The notes under the pieces: model-generated
Told to the model about the DNA's origin: nothing
The model's database searches: none
Seen by the model: the letters and a program-made list of their open reading frames with translations, nothing else
Part shown: positions 1 through 8,884 of the stretch, piece after piece
Layout of the letters: the number at the start of each line of letters is the position of its first letter
How positions within the stretch are numbered: position 1 is the stretch's first letter
NCBI GenBank assembly: GCA_038214755.1
Contig: JBBQRQ010000054.1
Coordinates: 1-32,930 of the forward strand
Direction of reading: 5' to 3'
DNA length: 32,930 nt
From: Verrucomicrobiota bacterium
Lineage (GTDB): Bacteria; Verrucomicrobiota; Verrucomicrobiia; Limisphaerales; CANJXF01
Translations under genes and position numbers: made by a program

Positions 1-14
1 GTGGAGAAAAAGCC

Positions 15-500
15 ATGAGCCGCCTTGCCTCGGTGCGTCGCGTCGCCGCGATACTGCTGCTCGCGCTCTGGTGGGGCGGGTTCACTTTCTACGCGCTGGT
101 CGTTGTCCCGACGGGACATCAAGTGCTGAAAAGCAAAATACGGCAGGGCTTCATCACGCAACAAGTCACGAACAAGCTGAACTGGCTTGGCGGCGTGACG
201 CTGGCGTTGCTGGCCTGGCAGATTACCGCCGCGCGGCGTGACGGACAATCCCCCGGCCCGTTCCGCACGGGCGCGATTTCATTCGGCGTATTAGTCGCCA
301 CGCTGGCGGTTCTGTTCTGGCTGCATCCACGTCTGGATGCGCTCCTCGACCCGCTCAGTCGCAGCGTCCTGGACGACAACAAATTCTACGCCCTGCACCG
401 TTGGTATCTCATCCTAGCCACAGTGCAATGGGCGGCGGGCGCGGTTCATCTCGGCTGGCTCGCTGGAATGGTTTCTCGGCGGCAAGAAATGAACGGTTGA
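15..500 (+). CDS. DUF4149/TMEM205-like four-TM membrane protein
   Basis: 161 aa with about four hydrophobic segments; WWGG..F...VVVP near the N-terminus and FYALH..Y near the C-terminus resemble DUF4149. Confidence 0.6.
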   Translation: MSRLASVRRVAAILLLALWWGGFTFYALVVVPTGHQVLKSKIRQGFITQQVTNKLNWLGGVTLALLAWQITAARRDGQSPGPFRTGAISFGVLVATLAVLFWLHPRLDALLDPLSRSVLDDNKFYALHRWYLILATVQWAAGAVHLGWLAGMVSRRQEMNG

Positions 501-533
501 CACCATGAGAGCATGGTTTTTTTATAGCTTTCC

Positions 534-677
534 ATGACCACCACTCAAAATTGGTTTATCTGGGCATTGCTCTCCGCCGTGTTTGCCGCGCTCACCGCCA
601 TCTTTGCCAAAGCAGTTTTGGCTGCGGGCAAGCTTCCGCAAATTATCGTAGAAAATCTTCCGCTCTCGGCAGCGTGA
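534..677 (+). pseudogene. 5' fragment of an EamA-family transporter (truncated paralogue of 6439..6873)
   Basis: ATG at 534 gives MTTTQNWFIWALLSAVFAALTAIFAK, identical to the first 26 aa of the 6439 gene (6 synonymous differences in 78 nt), then unrelated sequence and TGA at 675-677. Confidence 0.85.
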
Positions 678-916
678 GGAATCCGAAGCTTTGGCCTACA
701 ACACGAGCTACGAACAAGGCCGCGCGGATTTGAAAAATCTTTCGGCGTCGGCGTAACGCAAAATTCCGATGGAAAAAGCTGCGGCTGATCAACCCGCTCT
801 GTTGTCCAACTTAAAATTTTTGGAAAAATCCACCTCATTCCTTGGAGCATCCAAATGGGTTGTTTCTTTTGGTTTTCAAATATGTCTCACGAAAATTGAG
901 GTTGGCGCCGCAAAAT

Positions 917-944
917 TTGACATGATTCAACGATCCGGTATAAA
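917..944 (+). promoter_or_regulatory. Putative sigma70 promoter for the leader ORF/efflux operon
   Basis: TTGACA (917-922), 16 nt, TATAAA (939-944), ending 8 nt before the GTG at 953. Confidence 0.5.
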
Positions 945-952
945 TCTCAGCC

Positions 953-1330
953 GTGGGTTGTGTTTATAGAATCATTGCCTTGTTGATGCTGGCGCTTTGG
1001 TTACCTGTCACCGGACATTGCTCGCTCGAAGCGATTGAGGGTTTGGAGTTTTTAAGTTGCCCTTCGGAGACGCCCTCAAGCTCTCACTGTGACGATGATG
1101 GTTGCCAAACTATTGAATCGGCTACTTACAGGGTTCAGGACAATCACGCGGACTTTGCGGTCACGCTTTTATTTCTTGGTTGTCTCCATTTTCAAACCGT
1201 ATTGACAGAACCACGCGGCGAAATTTTTTCCAGCTCCTCGTTAACTCTTAATTCGCCCGAGCTTCCCCAGACCTGGCAATTTATTCTTCGCACGGCCCTC
1301 TCGCCGCGCGCTCCTTCGTTGGTTTCGTAA
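953..1330 (+). CDS. Cys/His-rich exported-type protein upstream of metal efflux genes; putative CzcI/DUF2946-like leader with C-terminal RAPS motif
   Basis: N-terminal hydrophobic segment, GHC/LSC/HCDDDGC cluster, C-terminus ALSPRAPSLVS*; lies directly upstream of tolC-czcA. Confidence 0.65.
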   Translation: MGCVYRIIALLMLALWLPVTGHCSLEAIEGLEFLSCPSETPSSSHCDDDGCQTIESATYRVQDNHADFAVTLLFLGCLHFQTVLTEPRGEIFSSSSLTLNSPELPQTWQFILRTALSPRAPSLVS

Positions 1331-1428
1331 GCACGTCCTCTTTCTGAGGATTTCTTCCGTTGTTGAGGTGTAATTTCACGCCTTTGTTTTCCCAATTGTC
1401 CCAAGTCGTCGGTGAACCGTTTGTATTT

Positions 1429-2721
1429 ATGAATCAAAAAATTTTGAATCTTTCGTGGTGTGTTGTCAGTTTTAGTTTTTTTAGTTTAAACCCCCTCAGT
1501 TTGGCCGCAGAAAATAGCGGCACAAATCAAATCGCTCTTGATTCACTCGTCCAAGAGGCGCTCGAAAAAAATCCTGAACTTAATTTTTACAAAGCGGAAA
1601 TCGCCGCCGCCAAAGGCGAACGTCGAACTGCCGGAGCTATTTCTAATCCTGAAGTGTCCGCGCAAGTTGGCGAGAAGCGCGTTCAGGCTGGAGGCGATGG
1701 TTTGGCGTGGTCGGTTTCAGTGCAGCAAAATTTCGAGTGGCCGGGACGCATTCCGCTGCGCAAAGCCATCGCCAACCGGCAAATCAAATTGGCCGAGCTT
1801 GGCTTGGAACAATTTCGCGCGGCCATTTCGGGGCGCGTGCGGACGCTGGGCTTCAATCTTTTTGCCGCGCAGGAAAAAGCGGCGGCAGCGCGCGAAGTCG
1901 CTGATCGTTATCAATCGTTGCGCGAAGTTTTGGTGCAACGCGACCCGGCTGGCCTGACGCCGTTGCTCGAAACTCGCATCATCGAAGCGACGGAACTCAC
2001 TTTGCAACGCATCGCGAGCGAATCGGAAGTTGAAGCGCAAGCCGCGTTGCTTGAATTAAATCAACTTCGCGGACAACCCTGGCAGGAGACGATAAAAATT
2101 GAGAAGCCTGATTTCGCCTTCGCTCCAGCGCCCGATTTGGAAACGTTGCTTGCGGCGGCGCGAACGAACAATTTCGAGATGCAAATGCGCCGTGTTGAAT
2201 TGGAGCAGCAAGGTTTCAAAATTTCGCTCGCGAAAAATGAGCGGTATCCCGCGTTTAAAGTTGGCCCTTATTTTTCGCAGGAAAATGCCGGGCCGCGCGA
2301 GGAAATTGTTGGCGTCGGTGTTTCCGTGCCGCTGCCGATTTTCAATCGCCAGAAAGGTTCCGTCGCCACGCAGGAAGCGCGGAAGTTGCAGGCGGAAACT
2401 TCATTGTTCGTCACGCAGCGCGACATCGAGAGGCAAGTCATCGGGAAGGCGCAACTTTACCAATCGAAACTTTCGCAAATGTCGAAATGGCGTTCGGATT
2501 CCGTGAAGCAATTTCAGGAAGCGGCGGCGCTGGCGGATCGTCATTATCGGTTGGGAGCGGTTCCCATCAGCACTTACGTCGAGTTGCAAAAACAATATTT
2601 AGAGGCAGTCCAGGCTGTCCTCGACACGAAGAAAGAAGCGATTGAAGCGAACCAGGAACTTCAACGGCTGACGGGATTGGAATTCGCGCCGACGCCAAAC
2701 GAGTCGAAACAAAACCCGTAA
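1429..2721 (+). CDS. TolC/CzcC-family outer membrane efflux protein
   Basis: Signal peptide from ATG 1429; ALEKNPEL, SVQQNFEWPG, GVSVPLPIFNRQKG and Y..G repeats of outer-membrane factors; adjacent to the RND pump. Confidence 0.9.
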   Translation: MNQKILNLSWCVVSFSFFSLNPLSLAAENSGTNQIALDSLVQEALEKNPELNFYKAEIAAAKGERRTAGAISNPEVSAQVGEKRVQAGGDGLAWSVSVQQNFEWPGRIPLRKAIANRQIKLAELGLEQFRAAISGRVRTLGFNLFAAQEKAAAAREVADRYQSLREVLVQRDPAGLTPLLETRIIEATELTLQRIASESEVEAQAALLELNQLRGQPWQETIKIEKPDFAFAPAPDLETLLAAARTNNFEMQMRRVELEQQGFKISLAKNERYPAFKVGPYFSQENAGPREEIVGVGVSVPLPIFNRQKGSVATQEARKLQAETSLFVTQRDIERQVIGKAQLYQSKLSQMSKWRSDSVKQFQEAAALADRHYRLGAVPISTYVELQKQYLEAVQAVLDTKKEAIEANQELQRLTGLEFAPTPNESKQNP

Positions 2722-2731
2722 TCGCCTCGTT

Positions 2732-5700
2732 ATGATTGATAAAATTTTGGAATTCGCGTTGCGCCAGCGCGCCTTGGTTTTGCTGGTCGCGTTTGGACTT
2801 CTCGTCGCGGGTCTGTGGTCGGCGTTTCATTTGCCGATTGACGCGGTGCCAGACATCACCGGTGTGCAGGTGCAAATCAACACCGAAGTCTCCGCGCTCG
2901 CGGCGGAGGAATCCGAAAAGCTCGTCACGCAACCGATTGAAATTGAGTTGGCCGGTTTGTCGGGCGTGGAAGAAATGCGTTCGCTGACGAAGTTCGGTCT
3001 TTCGCAGGTCACACTTCAATTCAAAGACGGCACGGATATTTATCGCGCGCGTCAACTCGTCACCGAACGTTTGCAAGGCGCGTTGGAACATTTGCCGCCG
3101 GGTGCCTCGCCGAAACTCGCGCCCATCAGCACCGGCCTCGGCGAAATTTTTTATTACAATGTCCAGTATCGCGCCGATGCGACGAACAAACCTGCGACGG
3201 AATTGGACCAACTGATTGCGCTCAGCGAAATTCAGGAATACGTCATCAAGCCGCTTCTTCGCACCGTGCCGGGCATTGCCGAAATCAACGAAAACGGCGG
3301 TTACGAAAGGCAATTTGTCATCCAGCCCAAACCGGAGGCGCTCGAAAATGTGAACATGACTTTCAGCGAACTCGCCGACGTGATTGAGCAAAATGTGCAA
3401 AATGCAGGCGGCGGAATCATCAGTCGCGGCGGACAACAACTTACGATTCGCGCGGTCAGCCGGGTCAGCAACGTGGAGGAAATTGAAAATCTTCCTCTGA
3501 AATTTGGCGCAGCGGTGAAGCCGTTGCTCGTCAAAGATGTGGCTGAAGTAAAAAACGGAACGAAGTTTCGCACGGGCGCGGCGACTTTGAATGGCAAGGA
3601 AACGGTCATGGGCACCACGATGATGTTGACGGGCGAAAACAGTCGCGCGGTCGCGGAACGAGTCAAAGCACGCATCCAGGAAATTCAAACCAAACTTCCG
3701 GCGGGCGTGGAAATGCAAATCCAATACGACCGCTCGGAGTTGATTGACCGCACCATCGGAACCGTCAAAAGGAATCTGTTCGAGGGCGCGATTCTGGTCG
3801 TGGTCGTCCTTCTAATTTTGCTCGGCAACTGGCGTGCCGCGCTCATTGTCGCGGCGGCGATTCCTCTTTCATTTTTATTTGCGCTGACCGGCATGGCGCG
3901 GTTTGGAATTTCTGGAAACCTGATGAGCCTCGGCGCGATTGATTTCGGCCTCATCATCGACGGCGCGGTGGTCATTGTGGAAAATATCGTGCGCCAACTC
4001 GGCCAGCGTCAGCACAAACTCGGTCGCGCGCTGACGGCGGAAGAACGAATGCACACCGTTCTGGCGGCGAGCAAACAAGTCGGTTCGCCGATGTTTTTCG
4101 GCGTGGTGATTATCACGGTCGTTTACATTCCACTGCTCGCTCTCACCGGAATCGAAGGGAAAATGTTTCATCCGATGGCTCTCACTGTGATGCTTGCGCT
4201 CGGTGGCGCACTGCTCCTCGCGTTGACGCTCATGCCGGTGCTTTGTTCGTTTCTTCTGCGCGGAAATATTCGAGAAGGCGACAACTTTATTCTGCGCTGG
4301 GTGAAGCGCGGTTATGAACCGTTGCTCAATTCCGCGTTAAAACTGCGCTGGCTCGTCGTTGTTACGAGCGTCGTGCTTTTTACCGGTTCAATCTGGTTGT
4401 TCAACCGTCTGGGCGCGGAATTCGTTCCCACGCTCGACGAAGGTTCCATCACCGCGATGCTCTACAAACCGGTCGGCATGAGCATGGAAGAATCGTTGCG
4501 CACGGACATCGAAGTCTCAAACGCGTTGCTCAAAGAATTTCCCGAGTTGCAACGCATCTTCACGCGAATTGGCACCAGTGAAATCGCCACCGACCCGATG
4601 CCAGTGAATGAAAGTGATGTTTATGTTTTTTACAAACCGATGAAAGACTGGCCGAAAACAAAAGGCCGCGCGACGAACAAAGCGGAATTGCGCGAACAGA
4701 TCGAAGCCGCGTTGAAAAAAATCAATCCTGATTACGACATGCTTTTCGCGCAACCGATTGAAATGCGTTTCAACGAAATGCTGGAAGGGACCAAAGCAGA
4801 ATTGGCCGTGAAGATTTTCGGGAACGATTACGACATTCTCGAAAAACTCGCCGAACAAATCAAAGGCATTTTGGAAAAGACACCGGGCGTGGCGCAGGTG
4901 GAATTCGAGACGGAAGGCCGCACGCCGCAATTGCAAATCAACGTGAAGCGTGACGTGCTCCAAAAATACAGCGTTCAGGCCGGTGAAGTGAATAAAGCGA
5001 TCAACGCCGCCCTTGCGGGCCAGGAGGTTGGCCAAATCATCGAGGGAAATCGGCGTTACGATATTGTCGTGCGAATGCCGGAAGGAATGCGCGTCGATGA
5101 TGAAGAAATTAAGAAACTACCTTTACGCGTCGGCGATAGCGGACTCCTTCCACTCGGCAAAGTTGTGGAATTTGAAACTTTGAAAACAGTGGAACCGATT
5201 CAGCGCGACGATGGCCAACGTCGTTCTGCGCTGATGGTGAATTTGAAAACACGCGACATCGAAGGGTTCGTCAGAGCAGCCGAACGCAGCATCCAGCAGG
5301 AAGTGAAATTGCCGGAAAACTACATCGTCGAATTCGGCGGACAATTTAAAAACCTGGAACAAGCTCGCGCACGTCTCGCCATCGTGGTGCCTTCGGCGCT
5401 GGTGCTGATTTTCATCCTCATCTTCCTGGCGTTCGGAAGTATTCGGCAAGCGTTGCTGGTTTACTCCGGTATTCCGCTCGCAGTCACAGGCGGAGTTGCT
5501 GCGCTGTGGATTCGTGGAATGCCATTCAGCATCACGGCGGCGGTTGGCTTCATTGCGTTGAGCGGCGTCGCCGTGCTGAACGGTTTGGTGATGATCGCCT
5601 ATTTCAACCAGCTTCGCGAAGAAGGCAAATCCATCCGCGATTCTGTTATCGAAGGTTCACTCACGCGATTGCGCCCCGTTTTGATGACCGCGTTGGTGGC

Positions 5701-5893
5701 AAGTTTAGGATTTGTTCCAATGGCAATTGCGACCGGCGCAGGCGCAGAAGTGCAACGTCCGCTGGCGACCGTCGTCATCGGCGGAATTTTGAGTTCCACA
5801 TTTCTAACTCTGGTTTTGTTGCCGGTGCTTTACGCATGGACCGAACGCCGCCGGGACGCAAATAATCAGGCGAAAGGAAAAACACAAATATGA
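2732..5893 (+). CDS. czcA: CusA/CzcA-family heavy-metal efflux RND transporter (CzcA-type)
   Basis: 1053 aa; LPIDAVPDIT start, GAIDFGLIIDGAVVIVEN TM4 motif of divalent-cation HME pumps, RLRPVLMTALVASLGFVPMA, GAEVQRPLATVVIGG. Confidence 0.93.
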   Translation: MIDKILEFALRQRALVLLVAFGLLVAGLWSAFHLPIDAVPDITGVQVQINTEVSALAAEESEKLVTQPIEIELAGLSGVEEMRSLTKFGLSQVTLQFKDGTDIYRARQLVTERLQGALEHLPPGASPKLAPISTGLGEIFYYNVQYRADATNKPATELDQLIALSEIQEYVIKPLLRTVPGIAEINENGGYERQFVIQPKPEALENVNMTFSELADVIEQNVQNAGGGIISRGGQQLTIRAVSRVSNVEEIENLPLKFGAAVKPLLVKDVAEVKNGTKFRTGAATLNGKETVMGTTMMLTGENSRAVAERVKARIQEIQTKLPAGVEMQIQYDRSELIDRTIGTVKRNLFEGAILVVVVLLILLGNWRAALIVAAAIPLSFLFALTGMARFGISGNLMSLGAIDFGLIIDGAVVIVENIVRQLGQRQHKLGRALTAEERMHTVLAASKQVGSPMFFGVVIITVVYIPLLALTGIEGKMFHPMALTVMLALGGALLLALTLMPVLCSFLLRGNIREGDNFILRWVKRGYEPLLNSALKLRWLVVVTSVVLFTGSIWLFNRLGAEFVPTLDEGSITAMLYKPVGMSMEESLRTDIEVSNALLKEFPELQRIFTRIGTSEIATDPMPVNESDVYVFYKPMKDWPKTKGRATNKAELREQIEAALKKINPDYDMLFAQPIEMRFNEMLEGTKAELAVKIFGNDYDILEKLAEQIKGILEKTPGVAQVEFETEGRTPQLQINVKRDVLQKYSVQAGEVNKAINAALAGQEVGQIIEGNRRYDIVVRMPEGMRVDDEEIKKLPLRVGDSGLLPLGKVVEFETLKTVEPIQRDDGQRRSALMVNLKTRDIEGFVRAAERSIQQEVKLPENYIVEFGGQFKNLEQARARLAIVVPSALVLIFILIFLAFGSIRQALLVYSGIPLAVTGGVAALWIRGMPFSITAAVGFIALSGVAVLNGLVMIAYFNQLREEGKSIRDSVIEGSLTRLRPVLMTALVASLGFVPMAIATGAGAEVQRPLATVVIGGILSSTFLTLVLLPVLYAWTERRRDANNQAKGKTQI

Positions 5894-6314
5894 CGACATG
5901 GTTCTGGTATGCAATCGGCGCGGCCATCCTTTACGGCTTGCATCAAATTTTCACCAAGCTCGCTTCGAGCGGCATTAGCGATGGCTTGGGCGGTTCGCCG
6001 AGGAAGCAACCGCAACTCTAACGATTCTGGTTTATCTCGTCGCGCTTTACGCCAGCGGAAATTGGAATCAAAAAGCCAGCGCGACAGGCATTTGGTATTC
6101 AGTTGCAACGGGTGTTTGCGTTGGCGTCGGAACGATCTTCTTTTTTCTGCTTTTCCAGAAAGGAGGACCGCTTTCGGCGGTTCCCATCATTCTTGCTGGC
6201 GCCGCGGCGATCATGGCGATAGCTGGAATTTTCTTTTTCAAAGAAACTGCGTCGTGGCAAAGAATTTTAGGAATCGCCTTGTCGCTGGCTGGTTTGTTTT
6301 TACAAAAAAAGTAA
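5890..6314 (+). pseudogene. Frameshifted EamA/DMT-like small transporter
   Basis: ATG 5890 overlaps the czcA stop (ATGA). MTTWFWYAIGAAILYGLHQIFTKLAS... stops at 6019-6021; another frame continues ...GVCVGVGTIFFFLLFQKGGPLSAVPIILAG...FFKETASWQRILGIALSLAGLFLQKK* to 6314. Total 425 nt; shift near 5993-6000. Could be an assembly error. Confidence 0.8.
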
Positions 6315-6438
6315 ACAAATCCTTTCTTTTAGATTGGCGAACTCCACGCACAGGTTCAACCAACGCTTCGCGAACGTCTCCAGTATGCGCAATTTAAATT
6401 TTGTCGGCGAAAACGGGATTTTTTGAAATAGTTTTCTC

Positions 6439-6873
6439 ATGACCACCACTCAAAACTGGTTTATCTGGGCATTGCTCTCCGCAGTTTTCGCCGCGCTCAC
6501 CGCGATTTTTGCCAAAGTTGGATTGGAAGGCGTGAATTCCGATTTCGCCACGCTCATTCGCACGTTCGTCATTCTCGGAGTGTTGGTGGTATTTGTTTTT
6601 CTCACCGACAAATGGATCAATCCGCTGACGCTGAACGCGAAGACCTGGACGTTTCTGATTCTTTCCGCCATCGCGACCGGCGCCTCGTGGATTTGTTATT
6701 TCCGCGCGTTGAAATTAGGCGATGCGTCAAAAGTCGCGCCCGTCGATAAATTGAGCGTCATCCTCGTCGCCATTTTCGCCGTGATCTTTTTGCACGAACG
6801 ACAGACCTCGCGGGATTGGTTGGGAATTCTCCTGGTCGGCCTCGGGGTGGTTGTCTTGGGATTAAAAAGATGA
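6439..6873 (+). CDS. EamA-family (single-domain DMT) transporter
   Basis: 144 aa; AIFAKVG, SDFATLIRT, SWICYFRALKLGDASKVAPVDKLS motifs. Confidence 0.92.
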   Translation: MTTTQNWFIWALLSAVFAALTAIFAKVGLEGVNSDFATLIRTFVILGVLVVFVFLTDKWINPLTLNAKTWTFLILSAIATGASWICYFRALKLGDASKVAPVDKLSVILVAIFAVIFLHERQTSRDWLGILLVGLGVVVLGLKR

Positions 6874-6911
6874 CGCAAGTTCTTCACGGCTGCTCATCAT
6901 CGGAACTTAGG

Positions 6912-7066
6912 TCTCATTAACACCGTGGCTTTAGCCCGGTGTCCAGGGAGCGACGAGAATTTAGCCGTTTCAACGGCTTTGCCGAGCCACGCTCAGAAGC
7001 CGTTAAAACGGCTGAATTTATTTTCGACGCAATTTTCACCGGGCTAAAGCCACGGTGTTAATGAGA
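6912..7066. repeat. MITE/REPIN-like element with perfect 30-bp terminal inverted repeats and inner palindromes
   Basis: TCTCATTAACACCGTGGCTTTAGCCCGGTG (6912-6941) is the exact reverse complement of 7037-7066; inner hairpins AGCCGTTTCAACGGCT and AGCCGTTAAAACGGCT. Confidence 0.9.
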
Positions 7067-7161
7067 GAATCGCATCGAACGGAGTTTGGTTGCGTCAGCC
7101 TCAGGCCACGTAGAACCCGAAACTTCGCAAACCAAAATCTTTGAGCTAGATTTTTCACCGA

Positions 7162-7393
7162 ATGAACCCGATCAACATCCGCGACGCGATGGAGCACACG
7201 CCCTCTCAACCTTTCAATCTTGATTTGGACCATGGCAAATCGTTGCACGTTCCACATCGCGATTTTATTTTTCTCACTCCCAATGGGACGACTGTAGTGG
7301 TGGTGGAAGCAGTGGTGGAAAGGTGAGCACACGCATCTAGTGGACGTCGATCATGTCAGCACGATCAAATTTGAAAAAAAGGAAGCAGCCTGA
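7162..7393 (+). pseudogene. Small hypothetical protein of a PVC-type family (QPF..L..G....VPH.DFI), frameshifted
   Basis: MNPINIRDAMEHTPSQPFNLDLDHGKSLHVPHRDFIFLTPNGTTVVVV... stops at 7324-7326; the +1 frame continues GEHTHLVDVDHVSTIKFEKKEAA* to 7393; a duplicated GTGGTGGAA lies at the break. Confidence 0.55.
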
Positions 7394-7412
7394 CTGACCG
7401 CGAGTGACGGCT

Positions 7413-8804
7413 TCACGAATGAATCGAACGGCCATCCACCGCCAGCGCCGCTTGTTTCAAAACTTCTCCGAGCGTCGGATGGGCATGACACGTTCGCGCT
7501 AAATCTTCACTGCTTGCGCCAAAATTAATCGCGATGGCGGCTTCGTTAATTAAATCGCCGGCGTGCGGGCCAATCGCGTGAACGCCCAGGATTCGGTCGG
7601 TGGTGGCGTCGGCCAGAATTTTTATTTTTCCATCGGTGTCGCCCATCGCCAACGCGCGGCCATTGGCGCGAAAATGGAAAACCCCTTTGCGAAAATTTAT
7701 TTTGGCTTCGGTCAGTTGCTCTTCTGTTTTTCCGACTGACGCGATTTCCGGATGCGTGTAGGCGACGCCGGGAACGGCGTCATAATTGACGTGGCCAAAA
7801 CCAGTCACGATTTTTTCCACGCAGGCCACGCCTTCCTCCTCGGCTTTGTGCGCCAGCATCGGACCGGGAATCACATCGCCAATCGCAAAAATTCCTTTCG
7901 CACTTGTCTCGAAATTCTCGTTCACCGGCACACGGCCTTTTTTATCGGGCGCAATTCCAACTGAATCCAAACCCAACCCGTCCGTGTTCGGCACGCGACC
8001 GACGGCCAGCAGAACTTTGTCGCATCGCAGTGGCGAACTGTTTTCAATTTCGATGACGCATTCATTTTGCTCGTGGCTAGCGGACAAAACTTTAGCGTTG
8101 AGACGAAATTCAATTCCTTGTTTTTCAAAAATCTTTTTGGCGTCACTGGCAATTTCTGTGTCCATGCCGGGAAGAATCCGATCGAGAAATTCGAGCACCG
8201 TTACCTTTGCGCCGAGCCGTTTCCAGACGGAGCCGAGTTCCAAACCGATGTATCCGGCGCCAATCACCACCAGATGTTTTGGAACAGCCGAATACGAAAG
8301 CGCCTCCGTGCTCGTGCCGATAAATTCCCCATCCAACTCGACTCCGGGCAATGGCGCGGACTTGCTGCCCGTCGCGATGAGAATATTTTTGGCGGTCAAC
8401 TCAACTTTTTCAGCAGCGCTTTCGACGAGCACCCGACCAGCAGCCAAAATTCTTCCGTTGCCCGAGTAGCGCGTGATCTTGTTCTTCTTGAAAAGAAAAT
8501 CGATTCCTTTGGTGAGCGTCGTGACGATTTGATCTTTGCGTCGTAGCATGGTGGCGAGATCGAGTTGGACCGACCCGAGGCGAATTCCGTGTTGAGAAAA
8601 CTTCTCACGCGCCTCGGAAAATTTGTGACTCGATTCCAGCAACGCTTTGCTGGGAATACAGCCGATGCGAAGACACGTTCCGCCCAGCGCCGGTTCTTTT
8701 TCGATGCAGCCAACGTTCAGTCCAAGTTGCGCCGCGCGAATCGCGGCAACATAGCCGCCGGGGCCTGCGCCGATGATGATGAGATCGTGTTTTTTATTTT
8801 CCAT
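7413..8804 (-). CDS. lpdA: Dihydrolipoyl dehydrogenase (E3)
   Basis: GAGPGGYVAAIRAAQLG, GGTCLRIGCIPSK redox disulfide, HAHPTLGE; start MENKKHD at 8804. Confidence 0.97.
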   Translation of the reverse strand: MENKKHDLIIIGAGPGGYVAAIRAAQLGLNVGCIEKEPALGGTCLRIGCIPSKALLESSHKFSEAREKFSQHGIRLGSVQLDLATMLRRKDQIVTTLTKGIDFLFKKNKITRYSGNGRILAAGRVLVESAAEKVELTAKNILIATGSKSAPLPGVELDGEFIGTSTEALSYSAVPKHLVVIGAGYIGLELGSVWKRLGAKVTVLEFLDRILPGMDTEIASDAKKIFEKQGIEFRLNAKVLSASHEQNECVIEIENSSPLRCDKVLLAVGRVPNTDGLGLDSVGIAPDKKGRVPVNENFETSAKGIFAIGDVIPGPMLAHKAEEEGVACVEKIVTGFGHVNYDAVPGVAYTHPEIASVGKTEEQLTEAKINFRKGVFHFRANGRALAMGDTDGKIKILADATTDRILGVHAIGPHAGDLINEAAIAINFGASSEDLARTCHAHPTLGEVLKQAALAVDGRSIHS

Positions 8805-8856
8805 GAAAGTGCTGCCGCCATTCTGTCGGCAGTCTATCAACATCGCAAACGGCGAC

Positions 8857-8882
8857 GCACCCGCCGGAGGCAGGTGCTACCC
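8857..8882 (-). repeat. GTAG-tagged REP hairpin just after the sucB stop
   Basis: Minus strand GGGTAGCACCTGCCTCCGGCGGGTGC; one mismatch to the copy at 25096-25121. Confidence 0.8.
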
Positions 8883-8884
8883 GC

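Noticed and set aside
612..916. Possible ncRNA/riboswitch or degenerate TTTGGYTGCG repeat (also near 7085) at the EamA truncation point
   Set aside because: The match is too short and degenerate to support, and no RNA family is recognisable by eye
2567..3724. 385-aa antisense ORF and similar shadow ORFs opposite sucAB, lpdA, yidC and prsR
   Set aside because: Antisense shadows of well-supported genes in GC-rich sequence, with no recognisable motifs
5909..6397. 162-aa ORF after czcA
   Set aside because: Wrong frame over the frameshifted EamA gene; Arg/Ser-rich and not protein-like
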